From an uncultured Phycisphaerales bacterium (GTDB taxonomy: Bacteria; Planctomycetota; Phycisphaerae; Tepidisphaerales; Tepidisphaeraceae): a DNA stretch of 64,000 bases. Position numbers and translations under genes: made by a program. Below the pieces are notes generated by a model, which searched no databases, was not told where the DNA came from, and saw only the letters and a program-made list of their open reading frames with translations. Position 1 is the first letter of the stretch; each line of letters begins with the position of its first letter. The stretch covers positions 288,001-352,000 of the forward strand of contig CAVWLP010000002.1 of the NCBI GenBank assembly GCA_963755915.1, given 5' to 3'. Of the stretch, positions 9,589 to 18,925 are shown piece by piece.

Positions 9589-11178
9589 ATGCATTTTCAA
9601 TACTTAGGGCGGATTATTTGCGGGATGTTAATCATGGTGTTTGCAGCAGGGACAGTCGGGGCGGCGACGGGCGGGGCGGCGGGGGTGCCGCAGTGGGGGA
9701 TATTCGAATTGGCGCTGAAGGGTCCGGCGGAGGGGAATCCATTTGTTGATGTGAAGCTGGCCGGGAAGTTTAGCAGCGGGGGGCAAAGCCTGACCGTGGA
9801 CGGGTTTTATGATGGGGATGGTATCTACCGGATTCGATTTATGCCGACGGTGCAGGGGCATTGGGAATATGTCACCAGCAGCAATGGCAAGGGGCTGGAT
9901 GGGGTGAGCGGGTCGTTTGATTGTTCGGCGCCGGAGGCGGGGAACCATGGGCCGGTGCGGGTGGCGTATACGTATCACTTTGCCTATGCGGATGGGATGC
10001 CGTTCGTGCAGATCGGAACGACGGCTTATGGGTGGGCAAATGAGCCGGAGGATGTGGAGGAGCGAACGCTCCAGTCATTGCGGGCTTCGCCGTTTAACAA
10101 GGTGAGGATGATGCTTTTGCCGTCGAAGAATTCGCCGGTGGGGTATCCGTATAAGCGGGATTCATCCGGGAAGTGGGATCAGGATCGGTTCAACCCAGAG
10201 TTTTTTCAACATTTTGAGAAACGGATCGGGGAGCTTGGAGACCAGGGCGTTGAGGCGGATGTGATCCTTTTTAATCCGTACAAGAAGGGGGAGATGCAGT
10301 GGTTTGATGAGCTCGATGATGCGGCGGATGAACGGTATATCCGGTACGCGGTCGCGCGGCTGGGGGCGTATCACAATGTCTGGTGGTCGCTGGCAAATGA
10401 GTATGGGCAGGTGAAAAACAAAACCGATGCGGATTGGGATCAATTCTTTCAGTTGGTGCAGGCGTGCGATCCGTATGGGCATATGAGGTCGATTCACAAC
10501 GCGGCCAGGTTTTACGACGCGAATAAGCCGTGGGTGACGCACGCTTCGGTTCAGAATGGGTCGGCGGTGGCGGATTTTGGGAGGGCGGTGCTTTATCGGG
10601 AGCTGGTGCGCAAGCCGATCGTTTATGATGAGGTTTGTTATGAGGGGAATATCGATCGGCGCTGGGGGAGGCTTACGGGACAGGAGATGGTGAAGCGGTT
10701 TTGGCTGGGGACGATTGCGGGGACGTATGTGGGACATGGGGAAACTTTGTCGGCGCCGGAGGGGACTTCCTGGACGGGGAGCGGGGGAAGGTTGATGGGG
10801 CAGAGCCCGGCGCGGTTGGCGTTTTTGCGGAAGGTGCTGGAGGCGGGTCCGAAGGAGGGGATTGAGCCGATGGATGAGTATTTCGAAACGCACATTGGGG
10901 GGAAGGCGGGGGAATATTATCTGGTTTATTTCGGGGAGGAGTCGCCGGCGGCGTGGAAGTTTGCGCTGCCGCGCGATCCGCCGGAGAAGAATGCGCTGGA
11001 GGAGGGGATGAAATTTCGCATCGACGTTTTGGACACCTGGAACATGACGGTGACGCCGGTGGAGGGAACATTTACGACCGGGAAGCTGGATGTGGCGACT
11101 TTTCGGGATGTGAATGGGGGAAGCGTTGCGCTGCCGGGAAAGCCGTATATCGCGCTGCGGATTGAGCGGGTGAAGTGA
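9589..11178 (+). CDS. Secreted DUF5060-DUF4038-DUF5605 protein (GH140/apiosidase-like)
   Basis: Signal peptide; GFYDGDGIYRIRFMP, WWSLANEY, VYDEVCYEG and DTWNMT...LPGKPYIALRI motifs. Confidence 0.8.
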   Translation: MHFQYLGRIICGMLIMVFAAGTVGAATGGAAGVPQWGIFELALKGPAEGNPFVDVKLAGKFSSGGQSLTVDGFYDGDGIYRIRFMPTVQGHWEYVTSSNGKGLDGVSGSFDCSAPEAGNHGPVRVAYTYHFAYADGMPFVQIGTTAYGWANEPEDVEERTLQSLRASPFNKVRMMLLPSKNSPVGYPYKRDSSGKWDQDRFNPEFFQHFEKRIGELGDQGVEADVILFNPYKKGEMQWFDELDDAADERYIRYAVARLGAYHNVWWSLANEYGQVKNKTDADWDQFFQLVQACDPYGHMRSIHNAARFYDANKPWVTHASVQNGSAVADFGRAVLYRELVRKPIVYDEVCYEGNIDRRWGRLTGQEMVKRFWLGTIAGTYVGHGETLSAPEGTSWTGSGGRLMGQSPARLAFLRKVLEAGPKEGIEPMDEYFETHIGGKAGEYYLVYFGEESPAAWKFALPRDPPEKNALEEGMKFRIDVLDTWNMTVTPVEGTFTTGKLDVATFRDVNGGSVALPGKPYIALRIERVK

Positions 11179-12935
11179 TGGGAAGATTGCTCATCCTGTT
11201 GGTGGCGATGGTGGTTGCGGTGCCGGCGTTGGCGGAGGATCCGATCCGGATCGAGGGGTCGGAGCAGCAGAAGCTTACGGGTAAATTTCCGGACGGAGGA
11301 TTGCCGCCGGTGGTGGGGGTGGAGAATTTTGAGGTGTTCCGGGCCTGCCGCGATTTGGCTTATGCGACGGATGGGAAGGGGTGGACGTATAACCATCACG
11401 TCGACTTGGCGTGCTGGAAGGGGCGGCTTTACGTGGCCTGGGAGAACGGGCAGAAGGATGAGGATACGTATCCGGCGCATGAGGTGATTTCGTCTTCGGG
11501 GGATGGGGTTTCGTGGTCGGTGCCGCGGGAGATTTTTCCGGTGGGATTGTCGAACACGCTACGGATGGATTTTTACCTGGCGAAGAATGGAAGGATGCTG
11601 CTGATCGCGGCGCGGCGGGTGGTGTTTGAGAGGATCACGGATGTGACGGAAGGGGGCGTGGTGGTGAGGGAAATGCTGGGGGATGGATCGATGGGGCCGA
11701 TTTCCACGCTGATCAAATCGCCGGAGGCTTCCAAGGGGCCGGCTTACTTTGGGGAATCGACGGATGCGGGGTTTCGCAAGGCGTGCGAGCAGTTGCTGGC
11801 GGACCATACGTTTCTTGAAGAGCAGGATGGAGGAGCGCTGCTGGGGGATGGGCGGATGAAGCCGTACGAAGATGCGGCATCGGATTTCGGGAAGGCGTTT
11901 TGTTTTTTTCATCGGCCGGATGGGACGCTGGTGGGGATCTGCAAGAAGGGGTACGTGGTGACTTCCAAAGATGAGGGGATCACCTGGGACGGGCCGACGC
12001 AGCTTCAGGATTTTCAAGCGGGGACGGCGAAGGAATGGATCCAGCAGATTCCCGGCGGGAAATATACCAGAGGAGAATATATTTGGGCGCACGATCCGTT
12101 TCCGGCCGAGCGATTTCCTCTGGTGATGATGACCGGAACGGACGGCGTGGTTTTTCGAAACATGCGCGTCGTCCACGGCGAGGTTCCGCGGCAGCGATAT
12201 GAGGGGCTGAACAAGAATATCGGGCCGCAATACGTGCGCGGGCTTTCGGTGTGGAACGATGATGGCTCGCGAAGTGATAACGCGATCTGGCTTGGGTATA
12301 GCGTGAACAAGGAGGACATCTGGGTGAGCCGGATTCCGCTGCCGGTGCGGGCGGATGGGGCGGGGGCGGTGGATGATGAGTTTGGAAAATTCTCTGCCGG
12401 GCGGGTTGTTCCGGGATGGAATACCTATTGCCCGAAATGGGGGGATGTTTCGGTTCAGCAGGGCAGTTTGTCGCTGGAGGATCATGAGCCGTATGACTAC
12501 GCGCGGGCGGATCGGGTTTTTGCGGATAGTCCGGCGGTAAATGTGGAATTTGAGGTTAGCGCGGCACGCGTGGGGGATGGCGATTTGGAAATTGAGTTGT
12601 GGAATCGGTTTGGGGATGTGCGGCCGGTGCGCGTGGTGCTGAATCCCGATGGGAACATTTCGGCGGCGGGTAGAAATGTTGGCCGCTACTCGGTGGGCAA
12701 AGGGGTGAAATTCAAGATTGAGGCGAACGGGCCGGGTGGGGTGTTTTCGGTTTCGATCGAAGGGGGAGCGGCGATTTCGTTGAATGCGGAGGGGAAGACG
12801 GATTCGTTTGATCGGATCGTGTTTCGCACGGGTGGGTATCGGTTGCTGCCGGTGCGGGGGGATGAGGTTCCAGGGGGGACGGACAAGCCGGTGGAAACTT
12901 CGGCGTATCTGATTGGATATCTGCGATTGAAATAA
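11175..12935 (+). CDS. Secreted beta-propeller glycosidase, GH143 (BT1020)-like
   Basis: Signal peptide; WTYNH, GPQYVRG, YSVNKEDIWVSRIP and EPYDYARA motifs (recalled similarity); BNR-like boxes. Confidence 0.65.
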   Translation: MMGRLLILLVAMVVAVPALAEDPIRIEGSEQQKLTGKFPDGGLPPVVGVENFEVFRACRDLAYATDGKGWTYNHHVDLACWKGRLYVAWENGQKDEDTYPAHEVISSSGDGVSWSVPREIFPVGLSNTLRMDFYLAKNGRMLLIAARRVVFERITDVTEGGVVVREMLGDGSMGPISTLIKSPEASKGPAYFGESTDAGFRKACEQLLADHTFLEEQDGGALLGDGRMKPYEDAASDFGKAFCFFHRPDGTLVGICKKGYVVTSKDEGITWDGPTQLQDFQAGTAKEWIQQIPGGKYTRGEYIWAHDPFPAERFPLVMMTGTDGVVFRNMRVVHGEVPRQRYEGLNKNIGPQYVRGLSVWNDDGSRSDNAIWLGYSVNKEDIWVSRIPLPVRADGAGAVDDEFGKFSAGRVVPGWNTYCPKWGDVSVQQGSLSLEDHEPYDYARADRVFADSPAVNVEFEVSAARVGDGDLEIELWNRFGDVRPVRVVLNPDGNISAAGRNVGRYSVGKGVKFKIEANGPGGVFSVSIEGGAAISLNAEGKTDSFDRIVFRTGGYRLLPVRGDEVPGGTDKPVETSAYLIGYLRLK

Positions 12936-12947
12936 GCCGATTGACAA

Positions 12948-13151
12948 TCAGTCGCGAAACGCTGCCCTCAAAAAGAGCAACCCGAATACCACCGCGAGAA
13001 CAATCCAAAACGCATCATAGGCCAGATTCGCGGGGTCGTATTTGTGGGAGGGAATCACGGCGAAATCCCCGGCCCATAAAAAGAAGAGGCAAATCCAGAA
13101 CAGAAGTGCCCAGAAAAGACGCCTGACGATTGGACTTCTGCTCATGCGCAT
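12948..13151 (-). CDS. Small two-TM membrane protein
   Basis: Two hydrophobic helices in 67 aa. Confidence 0.5.
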   Translation of the reverse strand: MRMSRSPIVRRLFWALLFWICLFFLWAGDFAVIPSHKYDPANLAYDAFWIVLAVVFGLLFLRAAFRD

Positions 13152-13231
13152 GGGTGCGTCTTATTCTACGCAAAATTTGACCGCAGAGATTACCGGGGCA
13201 ATCGCGTGCAGTCCGAAAAAATGCCGAAGAC

Positions 13232-13306
13232 CCCCTCCCCTACTCCCGACAAGTCGGGACTTCGCTTCGCTCAGCCTCCAATCCCCTGGAGTACCGGGGG
13301 CGGGGG
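13232..13306. repeat. Family A repeat with nested insert (CCCGACAAGTCGGGACTTCGCTTCGCT)
   Basis: The insert is related to 60297-60328. Confidence 0.65.
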
Positions 13307-13312
13307 TAACTT

Positions 13313-14050
13313 CTAGAGATTGCGCTGGCCGAGGAAATGGTTGGCGAGAGAGGCGAGACCGGTGACGAGGTGGGCATGTTCATCGGCACTGAAGTTGTCG
13401 ATGGAGGCCATGCCGTAGCCTTCGATTTCGGGCTGGATCGACGACACTGCATCGGCTTCTCGCCGGGCGTCCTGGAGTTCCTGCAATTCGATATTGCGGG
13501 CTTTGTCGAGGCCTCCGCCGCGGATGAATTCGATGATCTGGCGGATTTCCTCGCGGTCGAGCCATATACCGTGGCGGCCGCAGACGTTGATGATGATGCC
13601 GGAGCGGCCGGCGTAGTTCATGCGGTTCATGATGTTGCCGCATTGCGGGCATTTGAGATAGCGGACGCTGGGATCGAAGGCAACGGGCGGCGGGACGCGT
13701 AAACCGGTCGCGGCCTGCTGGGCCTCGGCTGTGGAACAAATGTGCTCGAAGTTAGAGACGTCGATCCACAGGCCGCCGCAGCGCATGCACTCTTCCAGCG
13801 GCGTGGTCGCGACCTCGACGGCGGTGAGCTTTTCATTGCAGCGCGGGCAGGAGTGAGTGGTTGCCTGGCCTTGGGCGATGTTCTGAGCGACGGCGCCGCA
13901 GTGGGGGCAGAATTTTGAGCCGGCGAACATCATGCCCAGGCATTTCGGGCAGGCGACGGTTTGGAGCAGGGCGTGGCAGTATTGGCACTGAGTGGAATCG
14001 GAGGAGACGGCGGAGCCGCAGTTGGGGCAGTTGAGGGTGCCGGCTTGCAT
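13313..14050 (-). CDS. Multi zinc-ribbon (DZR + zf-TFIIB) protein
   Basis: Eight CxxC/CxxH knuckles; CGGLWID and HGIWLDREE motifs. Confidence 0.85.
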   Translation of the reverse strand: MQAGTLNCPNCGSAVSSDSTQCQYCHALLQTVACPKCLGMMFAGSKFCPHCGAVAQNIAQGQATTHSCPRCNEKLTAVEVATTPLEECMRCGGLWIDVSNFEHICSTAEAQQAATGLRVPPPVAFDPSVRYLKCPQCGNIMNRMNYAGRSGIIINVCGRHGIWLDREEIRQIIEFIRGGGLDKARNIELQELQDARREADAVSSIQPEIEGYGMASIDNFSADEHAHLVTGLASLANHFLGQRNL

Positions 14051-14103
14051 GGGTGCGAGTATAACCGCGGAGGTGGGTTCTTTAAATTTCTCTTGTCTTT
14101 GTC

Positions 14104-14155
14104 TTTCTTGGCGCTCTTGGCGTCTTGGCGGTTACAGGATTTTTAACCGCCAAGA
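14104..14155. repeat. Palindromic repeat (TCTTGGCG units) split by an IS1111; remainder at 15637-15657
   Basis: Left arm tttcttggcgctcttggcgtcttggcggtta. The rejoined right arm is taaccgccaagacgccaagagccaagaaa. Confidence 0.85.
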
Positions 14156-14266
14156 AACTATGAAGCCGAGCCTTTCTCGGGACGTGAACGGGGTCAAAAT
14201 GCCCCAAGTATGAACGAGCGTACCGCGTAGGTCGCTCAAACGTCTTTTTTGAGAAAGGACTCGGCA

Positions 14267-15310
14267 ATGCGAATTCTCGCTTTGGACCTGGGAAAGAACA
14301 AGAGCGTTTTTGTGGATTATGTCACCGGCGGTGGAGAAAGAACGTTCGGCAAGATCGGCACCAATGCCCACGAGGTGCAAAAACTACTCGAGCGGGTGCG
14401 TCCGGATCGACTGGTCATCGAGGCCGGTCCGGCGGCAGGATGGGTTTGTGATCTGGCGGAGCGGAACAATGTTCCCGTCCAGGTGGCCAATGGCAACGAT
14501 GAACGCTGGCGCTGGAAGACGGTGAAGGAGAAGAGTGATCGTAAAGACGCGCTGAAGATGGCGGCGATGTCGGAGATGGATTCGCTGCCGACGGTGCACG
14601 TGCCCAAGGCATCGGTTCGGCAGTGGCGTTCATTGATTGAATACAGACACGGCCTGGTGGATCGCCGCACGGCGCTCAAGAACTCGATCCGATCAATCTA
14701 CGAGCGGCAGGGTTTGTATTTGCCCTCGGCGACCAAGGCGTGGACGAAAGCGCGACTGGAGGAAATGAGGAAGGAAGCAGCGGCCGCATCGGCGGAAGAT
14801 CTGTGGCTGTTTCAGATCGGTTGTGAGGTGGCGCAACTGGAGCACCTGGAGAAGCAGATCGAAACTGTCGAAAGCAAGCTTCAGGAGTTGGGCCAGGCCA
14901 ACAAAGCGGTGAAACGATTGCAGGAGGTGCCCGGCGTTGGTCCGCGGCTGAGCGAGGCGGTGGCGGTGATCATTGATGATCCCAGGCGATTCAAGAATGC
15001 ACGTCAGGTGGGATGTTACGTGGGTCTGACGCCGCGGCGCTGGCAGAGCGGCGACAGCGATCGCCAGGGGCGGATCAGCAAGGCAGGCAACGCGCTGCTG
15101 CGGGAGTTGCTGGTGGAGGTGGCGTGGCTGGGGGTTCATCGCAATACGTGGATGAAGGACGTGTACGAGAGGGTTCTACGTGACAGCGAGAAGCGCAAGA
15201 AGATCGCGATTGTTGCGGTAGCCAGGAGATTACTGGTGAAGCTGTGGGCGATGCTGCGGGACGGAACCCGATGGAGAGAACCCCAGCGATCGCTGACGGC
15301 GGCCACTTGA
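14267..15310 (+). CDS. IS110 DEDD transposase/recombinase
   Basis: LALDLGK, VIEAG, KSDRKDA, VPGVG, QSG, GRISKAGN and AVARRL motifs; RBS AAGGA. Confidence 0.95.
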   Translation: MRILALDLGKNKSVFVDYVTGGGERTFGKIGTNAHEVQKLLERVRPDRLVIEAGPAAGWVCDLAERNNVPVQVANGNDERWRWKTVKEKSDRKDALKMAAMSEMDSLPTVHVPKASVRQWRSLIEYRHGLVDRRTALKNSIRSIYERQGLYLPSATKAWTKARLEEMRKEAAAASAEDLWLFQIGCEVAQLEHLEKQIETVESKLQELGQANKAVKRLQEVPGVGPRLSEAVAVIIDDPRRFKNARQVGCYVGLTPRRWQSGDSDRQGRISKAGNALLRELLVEVAWLGVHRNTWMKDVYERVLRDSEKRKKIAIVAVARRLLVKLWAMLRDGTRWREPQRSLTAAT

Positions 15311-15615
15311 AAATCGAAAAGGCGATGACTGTCCCGACAAGTCGGTACAGGCGATGGAGTATCTCCCCTCCGGAAGACACCGTGTCAGAAAGCCGTTGTC
15401 TTCTGTGCAGGGGATTGAGTAGAGTTGAAGTGAAGTGGAATTGACGCGTTCGTGCAGGTTGAATGAGCAAGGCCAGACCCCGGTTGGCGTCTTAAGCTTC
15501 AAAGCTTGCCGCTAAGAATAGGGCTGGCCATTTGTACAGTTGAATAGGCCCGCCGCCAGGCGAGAGCACTGAATAGAAGGCTCACCCAATCGACCGCATG
15601 AGCGATCAACGCCCC
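15311..15615 (+). ncRNA. Putative bridge/seek guide RNA of IS1111 #1 (ends uncertain)
   Basis: Stem 15471-15480 / 15521-15529 encloses TTGGCGTCTT and CCGCTAAGA, which match the two target halves. ATAGAAG (15573-15579) matches the element end. Confidence 0.78.
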
Positions 15616-15621
15616 TTGACA
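15616..15621 (+). promoter_or_regulatory. Outward -35 box for the circle-junction promoter
   Basis: TTGACA next to the right sub-terminal IR, as is typical of IS1111 elements. Confidence 0.6.
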
Positions 15622-15682
15622 AGGCTCGGCTCATAGAAGACGCCAAGAGCCAAGAAAATGCAGGAGGGTGAGATTTAACGCG

Positions 15683-17165
15683 CTAGCGTAATCCAAGTTC
15701 GTCGAGCGCGGCGCCTGCGCCGGAGAGATGGTCTGGATTCATTTCGGAATAGTTGCGGCAGAGGACTACGCCGTCGGCGCCGCCTTTGAAGGCGGCGATG
15801 GTGGCGGCTTTTACGCCTTCGGCGGTGGACTTGCTCGCGCCGGGGGGGACGGGGACGTCGATGTCGATTCCCGGCCAGACGGAGACACCCCGGCTCTTCA
15901 CGTCGTCCACCGCCCTGGCGGTTTCGCGCTGGACGTAATCGGGAGAGAGGCCGGTGGCCATGACCTTGTCGAAAGGGGCCTCGTTGTAATCGAGGAAGCG
16001 ATAGAGCGCGCCCAGCGCTTCGGGCTTGGAAAAATCTCCCAGGATATTTTGGGTGGCGCTTTCGGTGAAGCTGTGAATCCGCTCGCCGGCGGCGTTGTTG
16101 TAGAGGACGGGTTTAATAAAATCGGAGAATTCGGCGATCCGCGTATAATCCATCTCGGCGCGATGCAGGGGGCTGAAGGAGACGTTGTGCCAGATGTGCC
16201 AGCCGATGGGGATTTGGGGCTTGATCGACTTGACCAGCTTGTAGATCTGCTTCTGCAAGTCTTCGCGGCTGGTGATCCAGAGGTTTTCCCAGGCGAGGAG
16301 CTCGGGGTAGTTGAGGAGAAGGCGGAAGAACTGGACGAAATAGCCGTCGCGGGGGCGGGTGTTGGCGCGGCCCTGGCGGACGAATTTTTCGAGCTCGGCA
16401 AAGCCGCGGCGGGCGCGGTCGGGGTCGATGCCGGTGTCCTTGGCGCGCTTTACGCAGAATTCGCAGAAGCAGGTGGCTTTGCCGGGGTCGGCGGACTGGC
16501 CGTGGGCGTAGGCGCCGAGAGCGTTGAAGAAACCGCCCTGGCGTTCGGAGGACCACATGACGCCGTCGATGTCGTAGGAGCGAGTAAGGTCTTCGATGAG
16601 GCCTAGCACGAAGCCGAGATAGAGGGGGTTGTTGTAGCACGGGCCGGCGGGGTGGGAGAGGGCGCGGCGGCCGTGGAAGTCGATCTCGTAGAGTTTTTCC
16701 CAGGCGGCGGAGGGGGCGTGGTCGTGATCTTCGAGGACCCAGGCGAAGGTTTTCATGCCGTGCTTTTTGGCGACGGGGATGATGCGGGCCATCACGTCGG
16801 TCTCGCCGAAATCGGGGGCACGCATGTCGGCATAGGTGAGGGAGGTCTGCTGGTAATATTGCATGTGGGGGATGGCGAAGTTTCCGCCGTGGAATCCGGC
16901 GGCGGGCATGCCGGCAGTGATGTGGGCGTAGGTGTAAATGAAGGGGAAGAGGGTGTTGACGCCGCCGCGATGATTCAAGTCGTCGAAGAGGTGGTCGAGG
17001 TTGCCTGTGGCGAGGGGTGGGAGTCCCATTTGGATTCCGATGGTCGGGGGCTTGCGCGGGCGGGGTTGATTGGGCGTTGGTTTCTACGCCCGAGACCGCG
17101 GCGACGCCGATCGCGGCGGCGGCTTTCAATACATCGCGGCGCGTCCAGGGGGTAATAGGCGCCAT
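15683..17165 (-). CDS. Tat-exported putative glycoside-hydrolase-like protein (frameshift near 17040)
   Basis: TRRDVLKAAA Tat signal in a different frame from the 448-aa body (DIDGVMWSSERQG, CFCEFC). Confidence 0.7.
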
Positions 17166-17195
17166 GGTTTTCTCCTAATTCCCCACGGCGGCGCG

Positions 17196-17218
17196 GCTCG
17201 ACTGAGCTCGCCGAAGTC
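17196..17218. repeat. 23-bp small dispersed repeat
   Basis: 20/23 identical to 52509-52531; both copies are flanked by CG. Confidence 0.7.
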
Positions 17219-17254
17219 CGTGGGGGTTCCGGGATGAGAGTGACTGAGCGCCGT

Positions 17255-18009
17255 TCATTGGCCCGGCGATTCTTCCTGGTCGACTTCGCTGGCGTTGTAG
17301 TGGAGATAGCGTTCCTTCATCCATCTGACGCCAAAGAGATCGACGAGGCCGCGCCAGGCGCGGTTGCGGAAGCCGTATTTGGCGGTGCCGGCAAAGCGGC
17401 GGAATGCTTGACGGGGGTTTCGAGGACTTTATAGCCGCGCATTTTTACCAGCGTCGGCATGAAGCGGTGGGCGCCGGTGAAGAGGTGGATGCCGTCGAGG
17501 CAATGACGGCGATAGACCTTGAGGCTGCTGGCGGAGTCGTTGATGGTTTCCTTGCTGATCCAGTTTCGAATGCGGTTGGCCATGCGGGTTTGGAAAAGGC
17601 GGAAGGCGCTGTCCTGGCGGTGCTTGCGCCAGCCGGTGATCATGTCGTTGCCGTCGAGCATGGGGAGGAGGCGGCTGATTTCTTTGGGGTCGTTTTGCAG
17701 GTCGGCGTCGATGGTGGCGATGATCTGGCCCTTGGCGGCTTTGAAGCCGGCGTCGAAGGCGGCGCTTTGGCCGCAGTTCCTGGCCATGCGCACGACGCGG
17801 AGCCAGGGGCGGGTTTTCATCGCTTCGGATAAGAGGCGCGGGGTGTCGTCGGTGCTGCCGTCGTCGATGATGAGGACTTCGAAGGATTTGTTGGTGAGGC
17901 GCATGGCCGGCTCGATTCGGCGAAGAAGCTCGGGGACGACTTCCTGCTCGTTAAACGCCGGGATCACGAGGGATAGTTCGATTGGGGATAATTCGATTGG
18001 GTCGGTCAT
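17255..18009 (-). CDS. Glycosyltransferase family 2 (ArnC/Dpm1-like; frameshift near 17400)
   Basis: SLVIPAFNE, IDDGSTD, DADLQNDP and HRFMP motifs. Confidence 0.9.
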
Positions 18010-18034
18010 TTCCTGATTTGAGAATAACTCAGGC

Positions 18035-18820
18035 TTAAGTAAATGTCTCCGGAGGGGGGTTTTGTGACAGTTTACTTGTGAATGGCGATGGATTCGTGGA
18101 AAGGCCCTCACCCCTGCCCTCTCCCGGAGTACCGGGAGAGGGAGAAAGAGGAGTACCAGGGGAGGGGATAAAGAGGCAGAAGCGGACGATTTTTTCGGCG
18201 GCGAGGGCGACGGTGCAACCCAAAGCCGCGCCGGCCACCACGTCGCTGGGATAGTGGGCGTTTTCGCAGACTCTTTCCACGCCGACGATGATCGCCAGCG
18301 TCCACCAGAGGATGCGCTGGCGGGGGGCGACGATGGTGAGACTCATGGCCATGGCGAAGGCGAGGCTGGCGTCGCCCGAGGGGAAGGAGAAGCTGGCCTC
18401 GGCTTCGATCAGGCCTTTGCCGAAAGGATGGAGCTGGAAGGGAGGCACGCCGTGATATGGACGGATTCGGCCGATGGACCATTTCAGAAAAACGTTGGTG
18501 CCGGAAAGAATTCCGGCGAGGAGGACGATGGCGGGTTTTTCCCAGAGGTCGCGTCCGCGGCGGATTCCGGCTTTCCAGGGGAGCCAGAGGAGGACGGCGC
18601 AGGCGGCGATGGTGTAAAGAAAGTGGCCGGGCTTGCGGATGGTGAGGGAGATAAAGAGATGCTCCTTGAGCCAGGGGGCGATGCCGCTGGTGTGGGCGAG
18701 GGTGGAGAGGGGAATGTCGAGGAACAGAGCGGCCACGAATGCCACGGCAAATGCTGCCACGGCGATCCAAATGCGGCCTGCGCCTTTCTTTTCGGCCAGT
18801 AGATCGGGCTGAACAGACAC
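18035..18820 (-). CDS. PAP2-family phosphatase
   Basis: KWSIGRIRP, SFPSGD and ERVCENAHYPSDV motifs; the C-terminus is repeat-derived. Confidence 0.88.
   Translation of the reverse strand: MSVQPDLLAEKKGAGRIWIAVAAFAVAFVAALFLDIPLSTLAHTSGIAPWLKEHLFISLTIRKPGHFLYTIAACAVLLWLPWKAGIRRGRDLWEKPAIVLLAGILSGTNVFLKWSIGRIRPYHGVPPFQLHPFGKGLIEAEASFSFPSGDASLAFAMAMSLTIVAPRQRILWWTLAIIVGVERVCENAHYPSDVVAGAALGCTVALAAEKIVRFCLFIPSPGTPLSPSPGTPGEGRGEGLSTNPSPFTSKLSQNPPPETFT
18104..18168. repeat. Family A repeat (1.5 copies) in the PAP2 3' end
   Basis: ccctcacccctgccctctcccggagtaccgggagaggga...ggagtaccaggggagggga. Confidence 0.8.
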
Positions 18821-18925
18821 GATTCACCGATGATCGAAGGGGCTGGGCTAAAGTCAAGGTTTCGTCGCGGCGGGCGGTTCTGGAAAATGAGGCGAATCGG
18901 TGGTGGGGTTGTACTATTATTCCAC

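Larger units (their letters stand above)
14155..15637 (+). mobile_element. IS110-family, IS1111-type element #1
   Basis: Sub-terminal IRs ctatgaagccgagcctt (14158-14174) / aaggctcggctcatag (15621-15636). AAGA is shared at both junctions. Long non-coding right end. Confidence 0.92.
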
